Shown piece by piece: positions 1 through 8,027 of a DNA stretch of 64,000 nt (position 1 is its first letter; every line of letters begins with the position of its first letter). The stretch is from an uncultured Pseudomonadota bacterium (lineage in GTDB: Bacteria; Pseudomonadota; Alphaproteobacteria; JACZXZ01). Where the stretch lies: contig CAVVLJ010000016.1 in NCBI GenBank assembly GCA_963749075.1, positions 480,001-544,000 of the forward strand. The letters are read 5' to 3'. Under the pieces are notes generated by a model, which saw only the letters and a program-made list of their open reading frames with translations, was not told the DNA's origin and did not search any database. A program made the translations under genes and the position numbers.

Positions 1-1
1 G

Positions 2-1213
2 CGCGAGGAGGCGCGCCGGCGCATCCTCGCGCGGGCGCGCGAGCTCGGCATCGACACCAGCGGCTGGCTGCGCCTTAAGACCATGAGCCTCGAGCTCGGC
101 GCGCTCGCGGCCATGAGCCTCGCCGTGCCGGCGACGCCCGATCACCCGAACAAGCTCGCCTTCTCGGGCGTGCTCGCCAAGATCGGCGAGCCCTCCGACC
201 GCGCCGCCTGCGGCAGCCTCGGCCGCCGCGTGCAGCTCGCCCCCGCCGCCGTCGAGGCCGCACTCCCCACGCTCCTCGGCATGGCGGTCGATCTCGCTGC
301 CGGCCTCGACGGCCACGACATCGCGCGCAAGATCGGCGTCATCACCGGCGCCAACGTGGCGGGCAACGAGCTCCGCATCGAAGGCTTTTTCTACGCCGCC
401 GACTTCCCGGAGGAGATCGCGCGCATCCGCGCCGACAAGGCCGCCATGGGCTTCAGCTTCGAGGCCCAGCGCATCCTCGTCGAGGATTTGGAAGCCGATC
501 CGCTGGTCATCACGGCGTGCGTCTTCACCGGGGCCGCCGTCTTGAGGAAGGACAAGGCGGCCTTCACCACCACCCGATTGGCGGCGCGCGCCGCAGAGGA
601 GACGGAGATGGATGCGAACGCAGTTCTCGAGAGGATCGAGGCGCTCGGCAAGACGGTCGAGCGCCTCGCGCAGGCGGTTGCCGAGTTGAAGGGCGCCGGG
701 TCCGCCCCGGGCACGCTCGCGGCGGCCGAGGCGAACGGGCGCGTGCGGCCCTACGCCGAGCGGCTGAACGCGCTCGCCGCCGACATGGAAGAGGGCGGCA
801 TCGGCAGCGATCCGAGGCGCGGCCACGCCGCCGCCTTGCGCCAGGTGGCGGACGCGCTCATGGCCGATGCCGCCGAGGGGCGCCTGCCGAGCGTCTATCA
901 CCGCCTCGAGGCGCGCGGCGAGAACGCCGCCGAGGCGCGGCTCGCCCGTCTCGAGGGCAGCGTCGCCAGCTTGGCGACGCTCCTCAAGGATCTCAAGGCG
1001 CAAGGCGCCTCGGCCGCCGGCACCGCGCCCGAGCGCAAGACCATCCCGCCCGCGGTGGGGGCGCTCCTCGCCAAGGCCAACCTCACGCTGCCGCTTGGCG
1101 ACGGCAAGCTCTCGGTGCAGCAGGTCGACGAGGCGCTCGGCAAGACGAACTTCACCGTCAACCAGAAGCTCCAGGTGAAGAACGTGCTGGCCCACGCCGG
1201 CATGCTGCACTGA
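2..1213 (+). CDS. Head maturation protease/scaffold protein (5'-partial)
   Basis: The frame of ORF 83..1213 is open back to position 2 (REEARRRILARARELGIDTSGW). Protease-like core (KIGVITGA, MGFSFE) followed by a coiled-coil region; lies directly before the capsid gene. Confidence 0.7.
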   Translation, partial: REEARRRILARARELGIDTSGWLRLKTMSLELGALAAMSLAVPATPDHPNKLAFSGVLAKIGEPSDRAACGSLGRRVQLAPAAVEAALPTLLGMAVDLAAGLDGHDIARKIGVITGANVAGNELRIEGFFYAADFPEEIARIRADKAAMGFSFEAQRILVEDLEADPLVITACVFTGAAVLRKDKAAFTTTRLAARAAEETEMDANAVLERIEALGKTVERLAQAVAELKGAGSAPGTLAAAEANGRVRPYAERLNALAADMEEGGIGSDPRRGHAAALRQVADALMADAAEGRLPSVYHRLEARGENAAEARLARLEGSVASLATLLKDLKAQGASAAGTAPERKTIPPAVGALLAKANLTLPLGDGKLSVQQVDEALGKTNFTVNQKLQVKNVLAHAGMLH

Positions 1214-1247
1214 TCCGGCTGCGACCCTCAGGAGAAGGAGACACGCC

Positions 1248-2228
1248 ATGGCCGAGTTCATGGAAATCAAGGCCGCAGCCGACTTCCTCGGCAACGGCGC
1301 CATCGAGATCAACCGCTACGAGAGCGAGATCTACGACATCTGCCGGCGCGGCTCGCCGACGCTGCAGCGCCTGCCGAGCGTGCCCGCCTCGGGCGCCCCG
1401 CACCGCTACTTCGAGCAGACCGCTGTGGCGCAGGCGCAGTTCACCGACCCGCGCAACATCTCGGCCACGGCCTCGGGCCCCAACCGCGTCGAGCGCTCGG
1501 CCGTCATCAAGGCGATCGTCGGGCAGACCAACCTCTCGCTCTTCGACGTGGACGTGACGCGCCAGCAGGGCCAGTTCGCCTATGTCGAGGCCAAGGACAT
1601 CGAGGACATCGTGAGCGGCATCGAGCTCGCGCGCGCCTCGAGCGTGTGGAGCGGCAACGACACCTCGCTCACCACGCCCACCACCAACCAGTACATGGGC
1701 CTCCTCTCCCAGATCGCGCAGCAGTTCACCGTGGCTCCGGGCGCCTCGATCATCGACGGCATCAAGGCGGCGGTGGCCCAGATGGTGGCCAACCAGACCT
1801 ACAAGGTGATGCCGAGCTGCATCTACGTGAACCCGCTTCTGGGCGACTACATCGACCGCGAGGCCAAGGCGACCGAGGTGACGCTCGGCCAGATGAACGT
1901 CGGCATCGGCCTCCTGGTCTCGACCATCAACACCCAGGCGGGTGCCCTTCCCATCGTGCCCGATCCCTTCCTTCCCTTCGTCACCACGGCGCAGTATGGC
2001 TTCGCGGCGCCGCCCACCGGCTTCCGCAACTACTTCGTCGCCATCCTGACCGAGGGCGCGGTCGAGATGCCCTACGTGCACGGCGGCGACGGCAACCCCA
2101 ACCCGCGCATCTTCCAGCTCGGGCTGCTCGGCGGCCTGCAGGGCCAGTACATCGGCATCAAGTTCGACTGCGTCATCGCCAAGGGTGCCTCCTACGCCCA
2201 TTCGGTGGTGGCCGTGCAGCGGCCGTGA
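1248..2228 (+). CDS. Major capsid protein (putative)
   Basis: 326 aa, strong RBS (AGGAGAAGGAG), strongly biased codons, position after protease/scaffold. Confidence 0.75.
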   Translation: MAEFMEIKAAADFLGNGAIEINRYESEIYDICRRGSPTLQRLPSVPASGAPHRYFEQTAVAQAQFTDPRNISATASGPNRVERSAVIKAIVGQTNLSLFDVDVTRQQGQFAYVEAKDIEDIVSGIELARASSVWSGNDTSLTTPTTNQYMGLLSQIAQQFTVAPGASIIDGIKAAVAQMVANQTYKVMPSCIYVNPLLGDYIDREAKATEVTLGQMNVGIGLLVSTINTQAGALPIVPDPFLPFVTTAQYGFAAPPTGFRNYFVAILTEGAVEMPYVHGGDGNPNPRIFQLGLLGGLQGQYIGIKFDCVIAKGASYAHSVVAVQRP

Positions 2229-2240
2229 GCCGTCGCTGCT

Positions 2241-2265
2241 GCCCTCTCCCCTCGAGGGAGAGGGC
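2241..2265. repeat. REP-like hairpin GCCCTCTCCC-CTCGA-GGGAGAGGGC
   Basis: 10-bp perfect inverted repeat of the CCCTCTCCC/GGGAGAGGG type seen in proteobacterial chromosomes. Confidence 0.6.
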
Positions 2266-2312
2266 GGGCAACGCGGTTGCGCGGCACCGCGAGCCGTGCC
2301 CGGCCTCGGCCC

Positions 2313-2341
2313 TTGATCGCCGGGGGCGCCCGTCCTAAAAG
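2313..2341 (+). promoter_or_regulatory. Putative sigma70 promoter of Rap1a cassette copy 1
   Basis: TTGATC-N17-TAAAAG; both hexamers and the spacing recur at 3640-3668. Confidence 0.5.
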
Positions 2342-2391
2342 GATAGGCGCCCTCAAGATGCACAACCAGGAACGCGGCCGGGTGCCGCAGA

Positions 2392-2778
2392 ATGAAGAAC
2401 CTCGGGCGCCGAATCTTGCTGACCGCGGCTGTCGTGGGCCTCGTCCTCCCGTGGCGCGCACCGCCGTCGCTCGGCGGCGACAAGTTCGACGGCCGCCAGT
2501 TCCACAGCGGCGAGGAGCTTTACAACTGGTGCCGCTCGAATGATCCGACGGACCGCCAGGCGTGCGAGGTCTACGTGTGCGGTGTCCTGGACACCTGGAC
2601 CACCGCATATCTCGACTCACGTGCTTCGCCTTATCGCATTTGCATTCGCGGTCGGCCGGAATGCCGCGAGCTGAGCGATGCCGTCCTTAAGTACCTTGAA
2701 GAGCATCCGGCCGACCGGCACGCTCCGGCCGCCGAGGTCACGGAATATGCGCTGCAACAAGCGTTCATCTGTCCGTGA
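2392..2778 (+). CDS. Rap1a/Tai-family immunity protein
   Basis: Signal peptide; SGEELYNWC...CEVYVCGVLD...IC...VLKYLEEHP.R.APAA...ALQQAF.C pattern. Confidence 0.8.
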   Translation: MKNLGRRILLTAAVVGLVLPWRAPPSLGGDKFDGRQFHSGEELYNWCRSNDPTDRQACEVYVCGVLDTWTTAYLDSRASPYRICIRGRPECRELSDAVLKYLEEHPADRHAPAAEVTEYALQQAFICP

Positions 2779-2782
2779 GACG

Positions 2783-3165
2783 ATGAAGAAGCGATTGGCG
2801 CGGATCATGCTTCTCGTTGCGGCCGCAAGCACGGCGGCCGCGTCGAGCGGCGCGCAGCTTGGTCACGGCAGCGAAGTCCGGAAGCCTTGGCTCTACGAGA
2901 TGCCGGAATTCTATAGCTGGTGCCGTTCGCCGGACCCGCGCGGCCAGCAGGCCTGCAAGACCTATGTGTGCGCCGTAGCGGACGCATTGGCGGCGGAATG
3001 CCTATTCGCCAAAACTTGGCCTCATCCGTTCTGCCTGCCTGCCGGGAGCTGAGCAAGGTGGTGCTGCGGCACCTCAAGGAGAATCCAATCGAGCTCAACT
3101 CGATCGTGTCTGACGTGGTCGGATACGCGCTCAAGGAGAAGTTTCCCTGCAACGCGGGCAACTGA
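2783..3165 (+). pseudogene. Rap1a/Tai-family immunity protein, frameshifted
   Basis: N-part EFYSWCRSPDP..CKTYVC in one frame and C-part CRELSKVVLRHLKENP..YALKEKFPC in another; about 13 nt missing near 3040 relative to paralog 4114..4506. Confidence 0.7.
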
Positions 3166-3193
3166 CGGCCGGCCCTGCCCAATGCGGCATTGA

Positions 3194-3502
3194 ATGCCTG
3201 AACGATGCCAATCCCCAACGGGACGAGGAACGCGCGGCGGCCCAAGCACGGTGAATGACGGCATCGCGAGGTCGCGCAATATGCTCTACAGCGCGGCATG
3301 GAACGTTCAGCTCGCGGCGACCGTCCCGGCCTGGTTAGCGGTTGCCGCGGCACTACTGGGATTCCTCGAGGCCGCGGTCGAAGATATGCCGGAGTGGTTC
3401 ACCGAACCGCCGGTGTGGCCGGACTTCCCGCATCCTGCTGCCGCGCGGCGCTGGAATCCCGAGAGACCGGCTGGCGGCACGATAACGATCCCGATCCCCT
3501 GA
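3194..3502 (+). CDS. Hypothetical protein, shorter paralog of 4612..5025
   Basis: PSTVNDGIAR/PSTIDEGITR, ALLGFLEAA/ALMGFLEGA and C-terminal TITIPIP/TIIVPIP shared; start uncertain. Confidence 0.5.
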   Translation: MPERCQSPTGRGTRGGPSTVNDGIARSRNMLYSAAWNVQLAATVPAWLAVAAALLGFLEAAVEDMPEWFTEPPVWPDFPHPAAARRWNPERPAGGTITIPIP

Positions 3503-3512
3503 AGGCTCGGCC

Positions 3513-3637
3513 ATGTTCGTCTATCTCCACGGCGCGCGGCAGCAGGTGGGGCGCCGCACGCTCTTCGAGGATCGTCCACGGCGTCGAGGCGGCGGTCGCC
3601 AAAATGGTCGCCGACCGGACGTGCAGCCGGCCGTGGC
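3513..3637 (+). pseudogene. Duplication junction: fused remnants of the 5036 gene start and of the capsid gene
   Basis: 3513-3566 copies ATGTTCGTCTATCTCCA... of 5036; 3570-3621 resembles capsid 1748-1800 (IIDGIKAAVAQMVANQT); 3621-3637 resembles the capsid 3' end. Confidence 0.7.
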
Positions 3638-3639
3638 AC

Positions 3640-3668
3640 TTGATCGCCGGAGGTGCCCGTCCTAAAAG
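3640..3668 (+). promoter_or_regulatory. Putative sigma70 promoter of Rap1a cassette copy 2
   Basis: TTGATC-N17-TAAAAG, paralog of 2313-2341. Confidence 0.5.
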
Positions 3669-3718
3669 GATACGTACCGCAAAGACGCACAACCTGGGAC
3701 GCGGCCGGGTGCTGCAGG

Positions 3719-4117
3719 ATGAAGAACCTCGGGCGCCGAATCTTGCTGATCGCTGTCGCGGCATGCGCGGCGATGACAGCGCATGCGCAGCGGAACGACG
3801 AGCAGGACGGTTGGCCGTATTTCAGCGGCGAGGAGCTTTATGGCTGGTGCCGCTCGGGCGACGTCGCCGATCGCCGGGCCTGCGAGATCTATGTGTGCGG
3901 CCTGAGCGACGGGATGGCCACCGCGCTGATGATCAACCACAAGCGGCCGTACCGCATCTGCCTGCGGCACGGCATGACCTGCGGGCCTGTCAGCGAGGTG
4001 GTCGTGAAGTACCTCGAGGCGCATCCGGCCGACCGCGCGCGGCCGGCGTCCGAATTGGCCGGCGAGGCGCTGAGGGACGCCTTCCCCTGCCACGGCCGTT
4101 TTTGGATCGACGAATGA
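3719..4117 (+). CDS. Rap1a/Tai-family immunity protein
   Basis: MKNLGRRILL start as in 2392; FSGEELYGWC..CEIYVCG..ICL..VVKYLEAHP..ALRDAFPC. Confidence 0.8.
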   Translation: MKNLGRRILLIAVAACAAMTAHAQRNDEQDGWPYFSGEELYGWCRSGDVADRRACEIYVCGLSDGMATALMINHKRPYRICLRHGMTCGPVSEVVVKYLEAHPADRARPASELAGEALRDAFPCHGRFWIDE

Positions 4118-4506
4118 GGAAGCGCCTGCGGCGCATTCTGGTCCTTCTGCTCTTGCTGTGCACGGCATCGAGCGGCCACGCACAACTCGTCCATGCGGGC
4201 GACGTCTTCGACGGGCTTGATTTCTTCAATGGCAAGGAATTCTACGCCTGGTGCCGCTCGCCCGATCCGCGCGACCAGCGGGCCTGCGAGGCATATGTGT
4301 GCGGCGTGCTCGATGCCTGGTCCATGCAATATGCCAAGTTGCATATGAGGCCTTATCCGCTCTGCCTGCCCACCGGCATCACCTGCAAGCGCCTGAGCGA
4401 GCTGGTAACGGAATATCTCACGAAGGACCCGATGGCGCTCGGCGGTGATGGCTCTAGCGCGGTTGGGTATCCGCTCCTACAGATGTTCCGCTGTCTCAGC
4501 AGCTAG
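4114..4506 (+). CDS. Rap1a/Tai-family immunity protein
   Basis: ATGA overlap with upstream gene; signal peptide; NGKEFYAWC..CEAYVCGVLD..LCLP..VTEYL. Confidence 0.8.
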   Translation: MRKRLRRILVLLLLLCTASSGHAQLVHAGDVFDGLDFFNGKEFYAWCRSPDPRDQRACEAYVCGVLDAWSMQYAKLHMRPYPLCLPTGITCKRLSELVTEYLTKDPMALGGDGSSAVGYPLLQMFRCLSS

Positions 4507-4611
4507 CGCTGCTTGGCCGGCGTCAGCGCGGAAGCAACGCTCACTCATCGAAGCTCGTACTGGCCGACCGCTTCGTCAGTCAGCGAATCGCTGTGCGGGG
4601 TGTGCTATCTG

Positions 4612-5025
4612 ATGCCGAAATTATTCGCGGATGTGACCGAGCCAAAATACGATCCTCGCGATGGTCTATGGCACAATCGGATGAGGTGGGTCGATGAAGA
4701 TGGCATCCAGCATGGCGTGACCGTGGAATTCAGCTGTCCCAGGCCGAATGTCTGCCCGAGCACGATCGACGAGGGCATCACAAGACTGCAATGGGCGCTG
4801 CTTCATGGGACGTTGGAAGTCGCGGGCGAGCTCGTCGGACCACGGTGGAAATTGCCGATAAACCTGTTGCACGCGCTCATGGGGTTCCTCGAAGGCGCAT
4901 CCGAGGAAATTCCGAAGCGGCCCACCGATAAACCGGCGTCGAGCGATCGCCCGCATCCACCGGCCAAGGATCACGCGGTCCCCGACGGGCCGGAAGGCGA
5001 CACGATCATAGTCCCGATCCCCTGA
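4612..5025 (+). CDS. Hypothetical protein (third gene of the Rap1a cassette)
   Basis: 137 aa from ATG 4612; paralog at 3194..3502. Confidence 0.55.
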   Translation: MPKLFADVTEPKYDPRDGLWHNRMRWVDEDGIQHGVTVEFSCPRPNVCPSTIDEGITRLQWALLHGTLEVAGELVGPRWKLPINLLHALMGFLEGASEEIPKRPTDKPASSDRPHPPAKDHAVPDGPEGDTIIVPIP

Positions 5026-5035
5026 AGGCTCCCCC

Positions 5036-5278
5036 ATGTTCGTCTATCTCCATGGCGCGCGGCAGCAGGCGGGGCGGCACACGCTCTTCGTGGCGCCGGG
5101 CGCGGAGATCGCCACGGCGGAGTGGCGCACGCCCGAAGGGAAGCCGGTCACCTTTCCCGTGGTCTTCGAGGACGGGCGCGCCTCCGTGCCCGAGCCGCTC
5201 GGGCGCTATCTCGTCGCCCGCGGCATCGCGCACGCGGCGCGCCGCGCAATTCTGCTGCTTCCTGCCATCGGATCCTGA
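5036..5278 (+). CDS. Small phage hypothetical protein
   Basis: 80 aa, phage-operon codon style, start duplicated at 3513. Confidence 0.6.
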   Translation: MFVYLHGARQQAGRHTLFVAPGAEIATAEWRTPEGKPVTFPVVFEDGRASVPEPLGRYLVARGIAHAARRAILLLPAIGS

Positions 5279-5327
5279 GCGAGGAGGATCGGCGTCCCGC
5301 TGACCGCGGCGCGCCCTCCGAAGGCCT

Positions 5328-5362
5328 CCTCACCCCGACCCTCTCCTCCTGAAGGAGGAGAG
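5328..5362. repeat. REP-like element CCTCACCCCGACCCTCTCC...GGAGAG
   Basis: Hairpin CTCTCCTCCT-GA-AGGAGGAGAG preceded by a CCTCACCCCGACC leader typical of this REP class. Confidence 0.55.
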
Positions 5363-5391
5363 CGAGATGTTTTGCCGAGGAGCTGAGCCCC

Positions 5392-5787
5392 ATGCCCCAG
5401 GCCACCACCTTGCCTGAGTTCTACCATGCCGCCGCCTCCGGCCCGGCCTTGCAGCTCCAGGTGCCGGCCTCGCTGCATCAGATGCCGTCGACGGTCGCGG
5501 CCGGCACCACCGCGAGCTCGGCCGTCATCGTGAGCGACGGCTACCAGCGCATCGCCGTCGCCGTGACCTCGTCGCAGGCCGGCACGCTCTCGCTCCAGCG
5601 CTACCTCGACCAGGCGGGCAGCATCGCGCAAGGGGCTGCCATCTCGGCGAGCCTCAGCGCCAACCAGCCCGCGGTGATCAACGCCACGGATGGCCTCCCG
5701 TTCCAGAGCCTCGTCGTGAGCGTCGCCAACAGCGGCAGCGCCGGCGCCAGCCTGAGCGCGCTCGTCATCCTGCTGCAAGGCAATTGA
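5392..5787 (+). CDS. Phage hypothetical (possible head decoration) protein
   Basis: 131 aa, beta-rich Ala/Ser composition, GAGGAG RBS, in the head-neck block. Confidence 0.55.
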   Translation: MPQATTLPEFYHAAASGPALQLQVPASLHQMPSTVAAGTTASSAVIVSDGYQRIAVAVTSSQAGTLSLQRYLDQAGSIAQGAAISASLSANQPAVINATDGLPFQSLVVSVANSGSAGASLSALVILLQGN

Positions 5788-5788
5788 G

Positions 5789-6694
5789 GTGGCATCGCTC
5801 TATCTGCAGCCTGCCGACTATGCCGGCTTCGCCGTCTCCGACGCGAGCGCTGCCCAGGTGCAGCAGGCGAGCATGCTCATCAACGGCTATCTCAGGCGGC
5901 CCGAGGGACTCCTCTGGGGGGCCGACGCGAACGGCACGCCCGCCTACATGGCTGGGCTTCAGCCCAAGCTCGCGCTCGCCGCAGCCGCGGCCATAGCCCC
6001 GGGCAGCAACGTCGCGGTGCCGGTGACGGGCGCCGCCCTCGGCCGCGACTTCGTGGGCGAGGTGGTGACCATCGACCGCGCCAATGCACCGGCCTGCGAG
6101 ACCTGCGTGATCGTCGGCATCGCACCCGGCGAACTCACGCTGCAAACGGTGCTCTTCAGCCACGCGTCGGGTACGGCGCTCGAGCTCGGCATGGCGATCC
6201 TCGAGGAGAGGGCGCTCCCCAAGGACCGCTCGCTGGCGCGCCTCGCGCGCTGGCCCGTTGTGCGGCTCCTCTCGGGCCTCGGGCGCTATGCCTACGGGCG
6301 GCGCGGCAGCCAACAGGCGGGCGAGCTCGCCGAGTTCAATCTACTGGCCGTGGTCTCGAGCTTTGGCGGGCCGCCGCTCTGGATCCCTTTCGATGTGTGC
6401 CAGGCCGACGTGAGCGTCTCGACCGGCGAGGTGTGGGTGCCGGCGGGAGCGCTCCTCGCCTATTATTCAGAGGTGCGGGTGCGCTATCTCGCGGGCTGGA
6501 GCTCGGCCGGCCTGCCGCAGGACGTGAAGCAGGCCTGCGCCAACCTGGTGCGCACGCTGATCGACCAGGGCCTCTCGGCCAACGTCGAGAGCTACAGCGC
6601 GGGCGACACGCGCATCAAGCTCTTCTCCGACACGCTCCTCGACGCCGACACCAAGGCGATGCTCGATCCCTACCGGGCGCGCCTCTTCCTCTGA
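5789..6694 (+). CDS. Putative head-tail connector/neck protein
   Basis: GTG start; ASMLINGYLRR N-terminus and VRVRYLAGW..LPQDVKQAC..LLDADTKAMLDPYR C-terminus typical of connector proteins. Confidence 0.65.
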   Translation: MASLYLQPADYAGFAVSDASAAQVQQASMLINGYLRRPEGLLWGADANGTPAYMAGLQPKLALAAAAAIAPGSNVAVPVTGAALGRDFVGEVVTIDRANAPACETCVIVGIAPGELTLQTVLFSHASGTALELGMAILEERALPKDRSLARLARWPVVRLLSGLGRYAYGRRGSQQAGELAEFNLLAVVSSFGGPPLWIPFDVCQADVSVSTGEVWVPAGALLAYYSEVRVRYLAGWSSAGLPQDVKQACANLVRTLIDQGLSANVESYSAGDTRIKLFSDTLLDADTKAMLDPYRARLFL

Positions 6695-6706
6695 GGAGCG
6701 CCGACT

Positions 6707-7045
6707 TTGAGCTTCCTCTATCCGCGCACGATCGCGATCACGCGGCCGCGCAGCGCCGCGGGCATCGGCGTGCAGACCTACGGCGGCGTTGCCGCGAGTG
6801 CGGAGGATGCCGTCGCGAGCGGCATCGCGGCGAGCATCCAGCTCGTGCGCGTGGGCGGCGAGGGCCCGGCCAAGCTGCCCGCGGATGCCGCGCGCTCGCG
6901 CTGGCGCGTCTTCTTCAAGGGGCCGAGCGCGCTGGTGCGCGACCGCGACGTCATCACCGACGATCTCGGCCTGCGCTACCAGGTCTCCGCCGCCTATTGG
7001 AACGCGCTCGGCTACGCCTGCGAGTGCGAGAGGCTCGAAGTGTAG
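6707..7045 (+). CDS. Putative head closure protein
   Basis: 112 aa, YPRTIAITRP...RDVITDDLGLRYQV; position after connector. Confidence 0.6.
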   Translation: MSFLYPRTIAITRPRSAAGIGVQTYGGVAASAEDAVASGIAASIQLVRVGGEGPAKLPADAARSRWRVFFKGPSALVRDRDVITDDLGLRYQVSAAYWNALGYACECERLEV

Positions 7046-7140
7046 AGGACGGACGACGGATGACGGACGACGGAACGGCGCTCGCTGATCGCGCTCGTCG
7101 CCCGTTTTCCGTCGTCCGTCGTCTGTCGTCCGTCGTCTGA
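7046..7140. repeat. Inverted heptamer-repeat hairpin (GGACGAC)n ... (GTCGTCC)n
   Basis: Tandem GACGGAC/GACGGAT units on the left arm and their complements on the right arm, in an intergenic gap. Confidence 0.65.
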
Positions 7141-7142
7141 CA

Positions 7143-7979
7143 ATGGCCGACCTCGCCGACGTGATGAACGCGCTCGTGGCGGCGGTCGATCGCGTGCTCT
7201 ATCCGAACGGCGACGCAGCGCCTTCGCTGCTCGGCACGCCCTTTCGCATCTATCCGGGCGAGCCGGTGCCGGACCAGCTCGACGCGGATCTCGCGGCCGG
7301 CACCATCAACGTCTCGGTCTTCCCCTTGGACGGCGAGATCAACACCACGCGCTTTCCCCCGGATTGGCACCAGGCGACGCCGCCCGCGGTGACGCTCGCC
7401 GCCGCGGTCGCGGGCAATACGGTGACGCTCTCGGGCAGCGTGTCGACGCCGCAGAACCTGGCCCTCCTCGTCGACGGCAAATCCTACGTCTATGCGGTAG
7501 CAGCGGCGGATACGCTCGCGACCATCGCCGCGGCACTCGCAGCCCTGGTGAGCGCGGACCAAGGGGCCTCGAGCGCCGGACCCGCGCTCACGATCCCCGG
7601 CGCCCACCGCATCGTCGCCCGCGCGGGCGGGGCGGGCACCAGCATCCGCGAGGTCAAGCGCCAGCTCCGCCGCTTCCGCATCAGCTTCTGGTGCAGCGAC
7701 CCCAACGCGCGCAACGCCGCGGCGGCGCCCGTCGATGCGGCGCTCGGCGGCACGACGTTCCTCACGCTCGCCGACGGCACGTTCGGCCGGCTCGTCTACC
7801 ACGCGAGCCCGCTCGTCGACAAAGCCGAGAAGGCGGCACTCTACCGCCGCGACCTCGTCTATTCGGTCGAATACGGCACCACGCAGATCGAGAGCGACAC
7901 CGAGATCATCGTTCTGCAAGAGCTGCTCCAGAGCGGCACCAGCCGGGCGATGCTCGGCAGCATCACGATCAACGAGTAG
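7143..7979 (+). CDS. Putative tail completion/terminator protein
   Basis: MADLADVMNALV...YRRDLVYSVEYGT; directly before the sheath gene. Confidence 0.6.
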   Translation: MADLADVMNALVAAVDRVLYPNGDAAPSLLGTPFRIYPGEPVPDQLDADLAAGTINVSVFPLDGEINTTRFPPDWHQATPPAVTLAAAVAGNTVTLSGSVSTPQNLALLVDGKSYVYAVAAADTLATIAAALAALVSADQGASSAGPALTIPGAHRIVARAGGAGTSIREVKRQLRRFRISFWCSDPNARNAAAAPVDAALGGTTFLTLADGTFGRLVYHASPLVDKAEKAALYRRDLVYSVEYGTTQIESDTEIIVLQELLQSGTSRAMLGSITINE

Positions 7980-8027
7980 GACGGCCCTTACGGGCGGCCG
8001 CGCATATTCCTCGAGGAGGTTTCCGCC

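Noticed and set aside
7046-7140. CRISPR array
   Set aside because: Short 7-bp tandem units forming one hairpin, no unique spacers and no cas genes
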